Assembly (NCBI GenBank): GCA_010356995.1
Contig: ML996695.1
Location: 567,061 to 631,060 of the forward strand
DNA: 64,000 bases
Origin: Trichodelitschia bisporula
Taxonomy: Eukaryota
Direction of reading: 5' to 3'
Positions within the stretch are counted from its first letter, which is position 1, and each line of letters begins with the position of its first letter. A program made the translations under genes and the position numbers. Positions 12,899 to 24,013 of the stretch are shown one piece after another. Below the pieces are notes generated by a model that saw nothing but the letters and a program-made list of their open reading frames with translations, ran no database searches and was not told the origin of the DNA.

Positions 12899-14004
12899 TT
12901 AGCCCAAGCTGGCCAACAGCCGCTCCTCTATCCCGTTGAGGATGTAGTCATGTTCGATGACCTCAAGATTCTCCGCTTCGCTCAAGAACAGTTTGTCGGG
13001 ATCATTGTTGGGTCCCATTGCCGCGCCTGGATTCATCTGGGCCATCTGCGCCGCGACCTGATTTGCGGCTACAAACCGTCAGGACATCGTTTGAGTGCCT
13101 GGGGACCACTCACAGTTGTCATTTCCGAGGATGAGATTATAGACAGGCTGCAATCCGAAGAGCGTGAGGAAGTACCAAGATAAACTCGACACCCAGCGCA
13201 CGTCCAGGTCACGAGTTCCTACTCCGGACTGAAGCATGGCCTTAAACTGCGGCGTCAGGGGGAAAGGTAGCTTCACTATGAGGCGAACCGGGTCAGCCAA
13301 CGAACACCAACCCCCCAGGTCAAAACGCAACAGCTAGCGGAGTACCAGTGGCAGTGCTAGCTCTTAAACTTGTTCCAGCAATTGGAAGCAAATCAGGCCC
13401 CAACACACCTCACAGCCGCTGGGGCCGCATTTGGGCAGCGGCGAGAATGGACTTACTGATCACGTATCCCGAAAAGAAGGCGTTGATCCAGCCCATGATC
13501 AAAGTCTGGGGGACCATCATGGCAACATTGCCCTTCATCATGCTCATCATGCCTTCCATCATGGCAGGATCCGACATGGGGTTCGCGGGAGGCTTTCCTC
13601 GGGCCTCCGGGTCCGCCAGGAAGGCTCCAGACTTGAAACCTGATACCAGGTACGACTTGCGAGCCTGGAAGGAGGTCGACGAGATGTGATTGGCATTCGT
13701 CCGCAAATTGACACCTTGCATGAGAGAGCGGTTCTCGCGAATCTTAGGGAGTGGCTGCTTCTTCGGTGTCGACTGTAGTAATACCGTCGCGTAGTGCCGG
13801 AGCACACCGGTAAGGATCTGGACACCCTATGAACGCCTATCGATGGTATTTTGGATGAGGGAGCATAGCTACCATGACCACCGTAATGGGTAGCAAGATC
13901 CAGTAGCTATCGGTCAAGGTCAGTTCGTGTCCAGCTTCGCAGCGGCAGAGGTCTCACAAGAGCGCCGGATCCCGATGGATCGTCTGGACGAGCGGTTGCG
14001 CCAT
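12899..14004 (-). CDS. EMC3: ER membrane protein complex subunit 3, 257 aa. Exons 14004-13958, 13906-13873, 13817-13457, 13275-13114, 13068-12899
   Basis: Spliced product DPALFYWILLPITVVMILTGVLRHY..PQTLIMGWINAFFSGYVIMKLPFPLT.QFK.MLQSGV..LDVRWVSSLSWYFL; all four introns GT-AG and in phase. Confidence 0.95.
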
Positions 14005-14268
14005 AATTGGCAGTGCTTCGCTTTGAGTTCGCTAAAGGGCTGTTCGCGTCGATCGTCGGTGGAAGACTGTTGAAGGGGGAGGTGTGATGACAACTTTTAG
14101 TCTGGAACTTGTGAGGCCTTGCGACGCGGTCGAGAGTGGCGGACCAATAGGAGAGAGCCTTGGCACCGTCCGTTGCTCTACACGCCTGGTGTTTGACATG
14201 AAGACACCTGTACACCATCCGTTCGGCGGGGACACTCCAAAGCAACCCTCATCCACAGTGCCGCAAGA

Positions 14269-15024
14269 ATGGCCTCCAAGATATCGGTTTACTCCGTGCC
14301 TGGTACTGTACACTCATAACCTGTTCGTTCCCTGCTAATGCACACTAGACCTCAAGAATACCAGTGACGATGCGTTGCCAAACTATCTTACTTCGCTCAA
14401 GTTCAAGCAATCCCACATCTATACAGATGTACGCTTAGCCCTGGGATATACCGCTGTGGTCATATCCGGTGTTCTCTTCTACGCCGACTGGAAACTGGGC
14501 TGGGATAAGACAAAGTTCTGGACTCTCTGGGCAGTACTTGCGTACTTCGCCATCAACACGGCTCTGACATACTGGATCTGGTTCGTGGAGAACGGCATAA
14601 CATTCGTTGGAGAGAGGAACGGTGTCAAGGTTTGGATGTTGCAATTCATGATCAGGTGGTTGCTGATCGTTAACAGTTGGTCATTTCTACATCAACCAAG
14701 AAGCATGATCCCATATACAACGTCACCGCTCGCTATACCGTAAAGGACGGATCCAAGTTTGTAGAGAAGGAGGTCAAGGCCAAGGCGCCATTTACACGGT
14801 GGTTTACGGCGGACGGCTATTTCGTGGCGAAGCCTTTCCAACAATTTCTAGCCTCGGAAATCTCAGCCATCGGGGAAGCCGACCCTTCAAACGTCGTCGA
14901 AGAGATCGGACGGGGATCGTCGCATGAAGGTGGAGCCAAGGACATCGACGCTCAGCTTTACAAACTCGCGGGCTTCGTGGACCAACAGGGCCAGGGCGGG
15001 TCAAAAGTGCGACGGAGAGGGTAG
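14269..15024 (+). CDS. SPC2: Signal peptidase complex subunit 2, 220 aa. Exons 14269-14302, 14349-14629, 14677-15024
   Basis: KISVYSVPDLKNTSDDALPNYL..YTDVRLALGY, two TM helices, APFTRWFTADGYFV. Confidence 0.9.
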
Positions 15025-15283
15025 ATTTTACTGAGCTTCTAGAAGTACGTTCTTATGGGAGACGGGCGTTGCGGTGAAGCTTTAGACCCGGTTGGCAATG
15101 GGTTCAGCAAGCGTTCAACTGTGGCTTCTGACTCGACACATACCCGAATACATGACCCATTCCATCTTTTCTCCCTCCTCTCCCAATGAAAAGAAAACAA
15201 GCCCTCCGGTCTACGCCGTCGTGGAAACAATGTCCTCCTTGCAAAAATGCGATGCAGCAGGTGTGTATCGCGCCGAGCAGCTC

Positions 15284-16456
15284 TTACTCGTCAAGGTCCA
15301 TTATTGAAAGCAGCTCCAGCTCTGTCTTCACAATCCTTTCAAACTCCCCTCGCTGGATCCCGGCAGACCGCGCAAGTCTAAAAAGACTCTTGATATCGGT
15401 GCTGATGTGCTGCTTGATACCTACTTCAGCTTGTGACTGGTTCTCGGCTTGTCTTTCCAGCTGCTCTATCGAACTGGAAGAACTTGGGGAGGATGGACGG
15501 GGTTGGTGGATTTCGCCTGTCGCAGTTCCGTTTGTCTCGCCACCACCGTGCTGCAACAATTGAAGTTGGTCGGAGGTCACGCTGGGGTAGGCAGCATCAG
15601 ATACGCCTGATTCGTTTTGTGCGAAGGCCCCAGATGACAGGACGGTATCCCCGTTCAGGGTGGACTCTCCAGGTGCGAGTCCCTCTTCTGATGGATCATC
15701 AGGATCCAAAGCGGGTTGTACCTCTTCCATGTAGCGCGCAAAGTACTCCACTTCCGATCCGGTTGGAAGCTTCACCGAGCTATTCGCATTTTGTGACGGC
15801 GCAGGCGATTGCTTCAAGGGAGTACGTCCAGGCGTACGGTCGTACGCGGCCCAGTAACCATCGTCATCATCGTCGTCTTCGGTACTTTCCGGTCCAGCAG
15901 ACGGAACAGCCAAGCCTCCTGTGCCTCGCGTACCGTTGGAACTGACAGCCCTTTGACCTTCGTATTTCGCCTCCGCGTCCGCGAGACTGCCATGCCACTG
16001 CGCTTCGTCGTCATCCTGTGTTACCAGGCGCAAGTCGTGGAGCTTCCAGCCCTGGTTGTTGCTTTTACCATCCCCGGTACACCACAAATATATGGGCGAA
16101 AGTCCCAGTTCCTCCAACCGAAGTCGGCTGTGAAGAGTTTCCGGGTCAAAGCGGCGAAATTCGATGCGATCAGGCTCTGGGATCTCTATCTCGCCAGAGG
16201 CGGGGTGTGGCTCTAGTTGGATGTTCTCAACGATAGTTTGCAGCTTGGGGGCTTGCTCCCGGTCCCAAGTGAGGAGAGGTAGCCATGAATCCGATCCCAC
16301 TTCCGAAGTAAGGGCATGCAGTCGCTGCCGGAGGATGGGTGTGAGGAGCAGCGTAAGTGCAGGTGGCGGTCGAGGGGACGCGAAGGATGCGGGGAGACAA
16401 GCTAGCAGTGGGGGAAGGAGTTGTCTTGGGTCGGGAGGCTGAACGGGTTGGACCAT
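15284..16456 (-). CDS. Hypothetical protein, 390 aa, single exon
   Basis: Long ATG ORF with protein-like composition; acidic DDDDGYWAAYD motif; C-terminal helical segment KQHISTDIKSLFRLARSAGI. Confidence 0.8.
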   Translation of the reverse strand: MVQPVQPPDPRQLLPPLLACLPASFASPRPPPALTLLLTPILRQRLHALTSEVGSDSWLPLLTWDREQAPKLQTIVENIQLEPHPASGEIEIPEPDRIEFRRFDPETLHSRLRLEELGLSPIYLWCTGDGKSNNQGWKLHDLRLVTQDDDEAQWHGSLADAEAKYEGQRAVSSNGTRGTGGLAVPSAGPESTEDDDDDDGYWAAYDRTPGRTPLKQSPAPSQNANSSVKLPTGSEVEYFARYMEEVQPALDPDDPSEEGLAPGESTLNGDTVLSSGAFAQNESGVSDAAYPSVTSDQLQLLQHGGGETNGTATGEIHQPRPSSPSSSSSIEQLERQAENQSQAEVGIKQHISTDIKSLFRLARSAGIQRGEFERIVKTELELLSIMDLDE

Positions 16457-18458
16457 GTTGGCTTTCTTCGTTGGCGATCAGAAAGTAAGAAAGCTGGTGT
16501 AACTTGGGTATAGAGAATGGGGTAGCGCTCCTTGAACGAAATGGAATAAGCGGATTCAAGAATGATGACGCTGAGCGCTGTTGTTTGAGGGGTACAAACT
16601 GGGGCGCTTGTGGTCACTGTCACATGGAAGTCCCTCGCGCTAGCTGCGGGGTCTGTGGAGGAGGGGGGGTCTGCGGGTCTGCGGGTCTTGGGAAAGGACT
16701 TGAAAACAGACGACAGAAGGAGAAGGTGAAGATGCGGACTTTCCAGTGCTAGAGAACAGTCGAGCTGACAAGTCGAGAGGGGGTGAGAGCAGCTGCGAAG
16801 CTGCCTCGAGGGCGCACCAGCGGCACCACATGCTGTAGGAGGTGCCGTTTGCGAGAAGGACAATTGGAGGCTTGGAGCTGGCCTGAAGTTCCTTTTCTCC
16901 GGCCATGAGACACCAAAGGGCCCAAAGACCCCCCCCTGGCCCCTCTCACTCTCTCTCTGGCTCACCCCGAGTACCCGTTCCCGGCCTACCAAATGTTCGG
17001 CGGAACGGCGAAACGGCGCTCTTGCCGGCCGACTGTGTTCCGAAGGAGCCCATCGAACAGGTCGTTCTAACTTCATCAACCGCCCAACATCTGGAAACCA
17101 CAAGATCAACTGGATATTGTGCTCAAAGAGCGGACCGTGAACGTCCATCCTACCAAAAAAGCCAGTTGACATGCCGCGCACGCTTCACAGCAAGGGAAAG
17201 TACTCCATGCCTCCACGTTCCTGGTTCTTGACTTCGCTTGCACGGAGCTTAATATCCATTCCGAACTCCTGACCTGCCGCTTGTTGACCGGTCGCCGTCA
17301 TGGCCGTCTCCATCGTTTACGCTCCACGGTCATTTGTGGGATATGCATACCAGCAGACTGAAATCACGCTGCAGAATATGTCATAGGATGCATGATGCTA
17401 CTAGCTGGCGAAACCACAAGCGCGATTCCAAGACTAATCCCAAGTCCAATCCCTCGTACTGTACGATACATCGGAGACTGGAAGTTCGAAGTGGCTTCGT
17501 CGCAAAAGATGAGGCCTCAGGAACGACGTGCCCTCTCAACCCTTCAAACTCACCGACGTGCACCTGCATCATAGGTCATTTAGCAAGCGGCATTTCATGC
17601 TCATGTCACTCCAGTAGGTTGGTACAGAGGCTGAGCTGCTCGTGAGGTTGTGCCTCTTCTCGACTGCGCCTCAACGCCCCCACTGGCTGTGCTGCATGTA
17701 TGTACCTTGGATGATTGGAGAGGCGGCGGTCCAATTCGACAATCTTATTGTCGGTCTGTCCCATCCGCACTCCGATTGTCGCGGGTTGCAAGCTTCGCAT
17801 AGAACCTCCAGTTGCCTCGCAAAGCTAGTTCTAGGGCGGTCGTTGACAAGCACAACAGCCTGGAGTCAGCCTCGGAGGGGGCTGGTGCGTGACCATGCCA
17901 ACATATTGAGAAATATGAGATATCCCCATGCCATATGTTCTGCTCTATCCTCCCTTACCTTGTCGCCTGCAAATTCTCTGTTCATAGTTTCAATTGCTGG
18001 CAAACTGCCGTCTCGCCTGAAGTCCTAATCCTATCTTTCGGGCATTTCGAACTCACCTTGCCCCTCTTCCAAAATCCATTGGCGGAGCGCGTTTGGTGGC
18101 TGCTCTTGCATCTTCGAACCTAAAACGCCCGCACGTACTGCGCGCTTATCCAACTTGAAAGCTTGTACCACAACCGAACACTGACGGCTCCTGCTAGCTC
18201 TTATTAACATATTTCGTCACTTGCGCACCTTGCTTCAACTTCCTCCGCACAGAGGTTGGTGATAACCTTTCAGCCTGTGCATGCGATTGTCGCGCGTCTA
18301 ACACATTCAGTAGAGACCATGTCCTGACACAAGATCACGAGATAACGCACTTGAATTGAGGACTCTTTCCACTTTCGACAACGACATAGGAACTTGCTAC
18401 CATATCACCAGTGGGGGTACATTGATCATTTGGCGCCTCACCGTCGTCGGAAGTTGTG

Positions 18459-21400
18459 ATGATGCCAACTGCGGGGTCCAGTCCAAACTACAAGGTGCCC
18501 TTCGAGCACCAGCAGCATGAGAACAACATGACGCAGACCCTCATTCCGGACCACAGAAACAACTCGTATTTCTCAAGCAATATGGAAATCAACTCAATGG
18601 ACCAAGCCGCTTACAACCAGACGACGGGACAGGTTGTTGCCGACACGTCGCCGTCCTCATTTGTCCCAGGATCAGAATTCCAAGCCCAGCTCCAATACGC
18701 CCAATATCAGGAGTCGAACTCGTACCTTCAGCCCACGAGTCTGGACGCTCCGTCAAGTGCGGCGGCGCTGGCTGGGAGCATGTCCCCATCTACGATGAAC
18801 GACTCCTACAGCCCTGCCTCCTACAACCAAGCCACGCACTACAATTCGCCAAACCCGGAGAGCTCGATTGCAGACACTCCATTTCCCTCGCTCATGGGGT
18901 TCTCCACCATGGATCCGTTCTCCATAAACCTTGAGCAGCCGCAGGAGCAGGACGCGATGTCCTACTTCTCACCCAACCCAATGGCTACAGCCGCCTTCCA
19001 ATCCACCTCACCTATCAATCAAATTAGGTCTAGCCCGGCCAACTCCCACAGCCCTGCAGTTCCTTATTCATATCCTATGACTGGAGATCAAATGTCCTCA
19101 AATGGGTTTACAAGTCCCGCGCCACAGCCTCCCCACCAAGCCCCACTCAGTTCCATCAGCAAGCAGGCGGGTGCTTCCCATTCCAAGATCTATGTTCAAA
19201 CGCAGCAACGCCCTAGTCCAGTTGTTAGGGTCGAGAACTACTCCGATGACGGACCTGAGGGGTTCCAAGGGACGAGCAAGAGAGGCCGAGTCACTTCGAG
19301 TGCCCACCTATCTCCTTTCCCACATGATGTGGAATCTTCCGATGAAGAAGATGAAGAAAGCCCTCGTGGTCACACTGCACCGAGCATTGGGCGCCACGCA
19401 GATGGGTCATGGAAAGGGGGGGTTGCACCAGGCGACCGCCACAGACTGGACAACCAAGAGATTCTGAGCGTGGATGAGCTGGACGAGAAGCGGCAAATCA
19501 ACGAGAGGAACTTTCAAGTTGCAGAGTGGCTTTCTCACAGCGAGGCTGAAGGCAAAAAGCCGCGTAAGAAGAGGGTCAAGAGCCGTCCGCGCGCCAAAAG
19601 CGCCAACGACATTCCGTTTTCGAATGCGCTCATGCTCAACTACGACAGCTCGGCCTTTAGGTTTGATGATTCTCTCATCCCCGGCCCTGGGGCATACATC
19701 AACGTGCCAAGTGAGCTTGATGAGTCCGACGTAGACGGCGATGGATCGGAGGCGGACACGGAGGCGGAAGTTGAAATACCTGAGGACGTCGACCCCAATT
19801 TGCGCTCTTTGCCGGACAACGTGGTGTCTGCAAGTCAAAGCAGCGCTTGGGAAACCCCAGCTTCCGGCGACTCCAACGCTGCAACTCACCCCCCGCCCCG
19901 AATGACCTCCAACCTCGCCATCGAGCGCTTCAGGGAACGAGCCAAGGAGATGGACAATACCTCGCTTGCGGCAACTGTTGGATCCCGGCGCCGTAGCGAG
20001 TCAGATCTTGGAAGTATTTATGCTGCTGCTGGGATTGCCAAACTACTGCTTGAACCAAGCGATAGGACACGCGTCGCGCATGTTCGCAGGAAGAGTAGCA
20101 ATATCCTCAGCAGCTTACTTCCGCACCGTAACAACAGCAACAAGCTCAAGCGGAAAGGGTCAGACGCAAATGCTCAGCAGGACTCTCCAGCTTCGCCTCA
20201 TTCGCCGGCAGAAGCTCAGACTTCCTCCGTTGTGCCCAAGCGCAACAGCAGCTTCGGGAAGCATAAAACGCCGAAGGTCCAGGTCAATACGAACGTCCCG
20301 CCGGCTTCGTCAGAAGGGCGATCGCCCATTTTCAATCATCTCAAGATTAAAATGTCGCGTTCCAGAAGTAAGAGTGATGTAAAATCACCCAAGTCTACTG
20401 GTCTCACGGCCCTATGGACCCAGGTTGGTGGACCGCCAATGCCGCTCTTGGCTTCTCCCTCCCAGGCTCGAGTCCATCCGCAGAGGACGTGCGCAAACGA
20501 TGCCGATGACGATAGCAGCGACGAAGCCACTGTCGGGCCTGACGGCGTCGTGATGGACCTCTCAGTGCGGACGGACATGCACATCGAGCCAACCATCGAA
20601 GGCTTCACACGCCAAGTCAAGGAGTTGAACCCACGCATCAAGGATTTCCTTCTCCAACGCATTGTTGAAGAGCAGGTGAAGCGCTATAAGCGACTTGTGG
20701 AGGCTAGGGCCAAGCATACAAATGCCGCAGCAAAGGGCAGATGTACGCACAAGAACCACTGCTTCAGTTCCGGGGGTACATCGAAGCCTCTATCTGCGCG
20801 GCCGAGCAATAAAGGTGCCGAAAATGCCCCGATCGGCTTCGTAATTGTTCCCCCTGGCACCACGCCGGGCGGTGCGGAGTTCCCGCCAGATGACCAGACA
20901 ACCATCGCGCACTTCCCTTCTGGTGTTCCTGTACCGCCAGTAAATCGACTACCAGCCGAGTTCGAATGCCAGATATGCTTTGTGGTCAAGAAGTTCTACA
21001 AGCCTTCGGACTGGACCAAGCACGTCCACGAGGATGTTCAGCCATTTACTTGCACGTTCCCCAACTGCACGGAGCCGAAATCATTCAAGCGGAAGGCCGA
21101 CTGGGTCCGACATGAAAACGAACGACATAGGCAACTGGAATACTGGCAGTGCAACAGGGGCGAGTGCTCTCACATTTGCTTCCGAAAGGATAACTTTGTC
21201 CAGCACTTGGTCCGTGAGCACAAAGTCCCGGATCCTCCCAAGGTCAGAATGCCTCGTAGTGGAGGGGCCAAGTCGCCAGAGACCCCAGCGCTCGATACCA
21301 TGGCAGCACCTGGGCAATGGAATTTCAGCTTTGGGCCTGCCATGACGCAGCGCGCCGAAGTGACGGGTGACGAAATTTGGGCGCTTGTCGACGAATGCCA

Positions 21401-22109
21401 TAAGGAAGCGCCAAAGTCGCCAAAGGACGAGCCCTGCAAATTTTGCGACAACATATGCCCCACGTGGAAGAAGCTCACAGTACATCTTGCTAAGCACATG
21501 GAGCAGATCAGCATGCCGGTGCTGGCCTTGGTCGATCAGACTCTGGGCTTCCCAATTGCTCCACGAACGCATGTCTCGGCGACCAAGCCGCCGAACGACG
21601 TTCCAACCTTCATCTATGATGAGCCAGGCGAGCTGAACTTCACTGGGATGGGCAGCAGCAATATGGCTGCGCCAGTCATGCATAGTTACCCGCCGCCCTC
21701 GGTGAATTTTCAGACGCAGATCTCACTACAGCAGTCGTCATTGACGCCCACAACCATGTCCTACGCTCAAGCGTACTTACCTGCACCGAGCTCGCGAGCC
21801 AGAGCGTCCTCATTCAACGACGTTGACCGGCTTCGCCAAGGGACAACGTACCCACCAGCGGTGCATCCGAGCCGTGTTGCGCAGTCATCCACCTCGATGG
21901 CTTACGATCAACAGCCTCAGATGTTTTTCCAATCAGCGACGAACTTCATGCAGGATCCTATGGGAGATATGAGTGCGGCGTTCCTGGTGTCAAGCAACGG
22001 AGGCAGTGGGGCTATGGGATACGTGTCGAAGGGCAATGTTCTACATGGCAATGGACAGCCGCACAGTGCAGGAGGCATGGGCATGGACCAGCAGAGGTAC
22101 AGGTTCTAG
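18459..22109 (+). CDS. Large C2H2 zinc-finger transcription factor (ZF-B), ~1216 aa
   Basis: FECQICF..PSDWTKHVHED, FTCTFPNC..FKRKADWVRHENERH, WQC..FRKDNFVQHLVREH, CKFC..WKKLTVHLAKH; long S/P/Q-rich low-complexity regions. Confidence 0.9.
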   Translation: MMPTAGSSPNYKVPFEHQQHENNMTQTLIPDHRNNSYFSSNMEINSMDQAAYNQTTGQVVADTSPSSFVPGSEFQAQLQYAQYQESNSYLQPTSLDAPSSAAALAGSMSPSTMNDSYSPASYNQATHYNSPNPESSIADTPFPSLMGFSTMDPFSINLEQPQEQDAMSYFSPNPMATAAFQSTSPINQIRSSPANSHSPAVPYSYPMTGDQMSSNGFTSPAPQPPHQAPLSSISKQAGASHSKIYVQTQQRPSPVVRVENYSDDGPEGFQGTSKRGRVTSSAHLSPFPHDVESSDEEDEESPRGHTAPSIGRHADGSWKGGVAPGDRHRLDNQEILSVDELDEKRQINERNFQVAEWLSHSEAEGKKPRKKRVKSRPRAKSANDIPFSNALMLNYDSSAFRFDDSLIPGPGAYINVPSELDESDVDGDGSEADTEAEVEIPEDVDPNLRSLPDNVVSASQSSAWETPASGDSNAATHPPPRMTSNLAIERFRERAKEMDNTSLAATVGSRRRSESDLGSIYAAAGIAKLLLEPSDRTRVAHVRRKSSNILSSLLPHRNNSNKLKRKGSDANAQQDSPASPHSPAEAQTSSVVPKRNSSFGKHKTPKVQVNTNVPPASSEGRSPIFNHLKIKMSRSRSKSDVKSPKSTGLTALWTQVGGPPMPLLASPSQARVHPQRTCANDADDDSSDEATVGPDGVVMDLSVRTDMHIEPTIEGFTRQVKELNPRIKDFLLQRIVEEQVKRYKRLVEARAKHTNAAAKGRCTHKNHCFSSGGTSKPLSARPSNKGAENAPIGFVIVPPGTTPGGAEFPPDDQTTIAHFPSGVPVPPVNRLPAEFECQICFVVKKFYKPSDWTKHVHEDVQPFTCTFPNCTEPKSFKRKADWVRHENERHRQLEYWQCNRGECSHICFRKDNFVQHLVREHKVPDPPKVRMPRSGGAKSPETPALDTMAAPGQWNFSFGPAMTQRAEVTGDEIWALVDECHKEAPKSPKDEPCKFCDNICPTWKKLTVHLAKHMEQISMPVLALVDQTLGFPIAPRTHVSATKPPNDVPTFIYDEPGELNFTGMGSSNMAAPVMHSYPPPSVNFQTQISLQQSSLTPTTMSYAQAYLPAPSSRARASSFNDVDRLRQGTTYPPAVHPSRVAQSSTSMAYDQQPQMFFQSATNFMQDPMGDMSAAFLVSSNGGSGAMGYVSKGNVLHGNGQPHSAGGMGMDQQRYRF

Positions 22110-24013
22110 AGAATACGTGGCGAGACGGCTTTGGGAGTCCTGGGATAGTGCTTCTTTCACTGGACTGCGGCGTTCTGGATAGAGGGATCTCTTTTTTTTG
22201 GAAAGCTTTTCCGGACGGGTATTTGCGAGTTTGATGATCGATGTGTGATGCTTTACGATTTTAAATACCAAGCGTTGCCGGTGCGATAGATGTCTTTCAT
22301 GCTCATGGGGGAGGATGGCTTGGTTTATATACGTGCTGCCTCAGTAGACTTGCACAATTTTCAAGGTCGAAGATGGATTCGGCTGCTGAAGAATATTGAC
22401 AAAGGCCAAGGCACGGGATGGCCGGGAAGCCTCCGATAATAACATAGCCTTGAAGAAGTACAGTACCAAATGAGAAACTATCACAACCCCACATCGCCTC
22501 GCAGGAACGTTTGAGTTCCCTTTAACTCACCCTCAACCTCCTCCCGTGGAAATTAATTCTGCATCATGGCATCATCGGGGCATCGGGCTGGCGTGCATTC
22601 CAACATCCTGCAGTCCAGGTTCGTACTGACGAGAGGCCGTGGAGATGGGAGGAAGCAGTGCCATGTCTCGTACATTGAGATGACCGGAAGATGTGATGCT
22701 AGTATGTCGGTACTATCCGAGATCAACCACACGTCGTCTGGTGCTCTCGATGCTGATGCTGGCAGGGCCGAGACGCTCCCTTCCGCGCCACCTGGTGCCC
22801 CTCGTGGTGGTGGGGGAGAGGAAGAGGGGTCTGGGGCGTCGGGAGGCCGCACTCCTTGACAAGTGACGCAACTTGGCAGGCTGCCCGTCCTCATTGGATC
22901 ACCCGGTACCGGTATGTCCATCACGAGAGGGTATGTCACAGTAGACGACCGCTTACTTACGGTACTCGAGGACTTCATCCCTTTCTTATCACGACAGGGG
23001 ATCTTCGTGACCCTTTCGGGTACAGTCTACAGGTCCAGCGCTGGCGGTGCTATGCACAGCGGGTGTATGCTCCCTTTATGGGGAAGTTGTTCCTTCAGTG
23101 TTAGAGGTGGATTTTGACATGAGAAGAAAGAAGGCATCTAGGCAACTGGTGAGGTGTCCCAACATCGCGTATGCGATGCGCCAGTGCGGGGCTGACGAAA
23201 GATCTAGCCAATGGCGATTCATTCCGACCGCGTTGATCGTAGCGGGAGTGATCACCTTTGACGACTTCCTATCGCGACAAAGCTGGAGTGCAGGGATCAA
23301 AGAGGCCGCCGCCGTAACGAGAGATGGTTGCTGCGCGATCTTTATTCCGTGTTCCCAAAGGCCAATCGAAAACACCGCCACTTACTGTATGACCTCGTAG
23401 CCCTGCCTTGGGCGCAGGCAGCCGACATTGCCCAAGCCTCAAAAGGGTGCCTGTGCGCCGCAAAGCGGCCTCCCACTTTCAGTCCAACCGCACAACGATG
23501 AGTGCATGCGCGCGCAAAGTTGTGTGACCATTGTAAATAGCACTTGTATCTATCCTGCCTCTCTTCCGGATCCTCACCGGCAAAGCTGCCTGACTTTGGC
23601 CTTTCCTTGCTCCTTCGCCATCCCAAAACGTGCCCGCCAACTCACTGGGCTTCGCTTGGGCAGCCGTTTCCAAGGTACACCGGCCTCGGTGAAGGCAGAG
23701 TGGCCTCCTTGGGCATTACAAGTAAAGGCCGCGCCCGCCTGCTAGGCTTCCTGAACGTCTCGCTGTCGGTACTTTGAAATCCGTTTTCGCAGACCGCGAA
23801 CCACCGGCGCCATTCTTGGTATGTTGAACGACGCCTTCGAGTACTGTTGTTCTCTTTTGCTCGTGGTCATAACGTCCGGGATACTTTGGGCCTCAAAATC
23901 GCTCATATTTGGTTTTTGAACCTCAGCATCGACTAATAATGAAGATAGCATCATCCAGGGAGAGCTAGATAGTTACAGGAATACCGCGTTTTCATTGTGG
24001 ATATTCGTTCATT

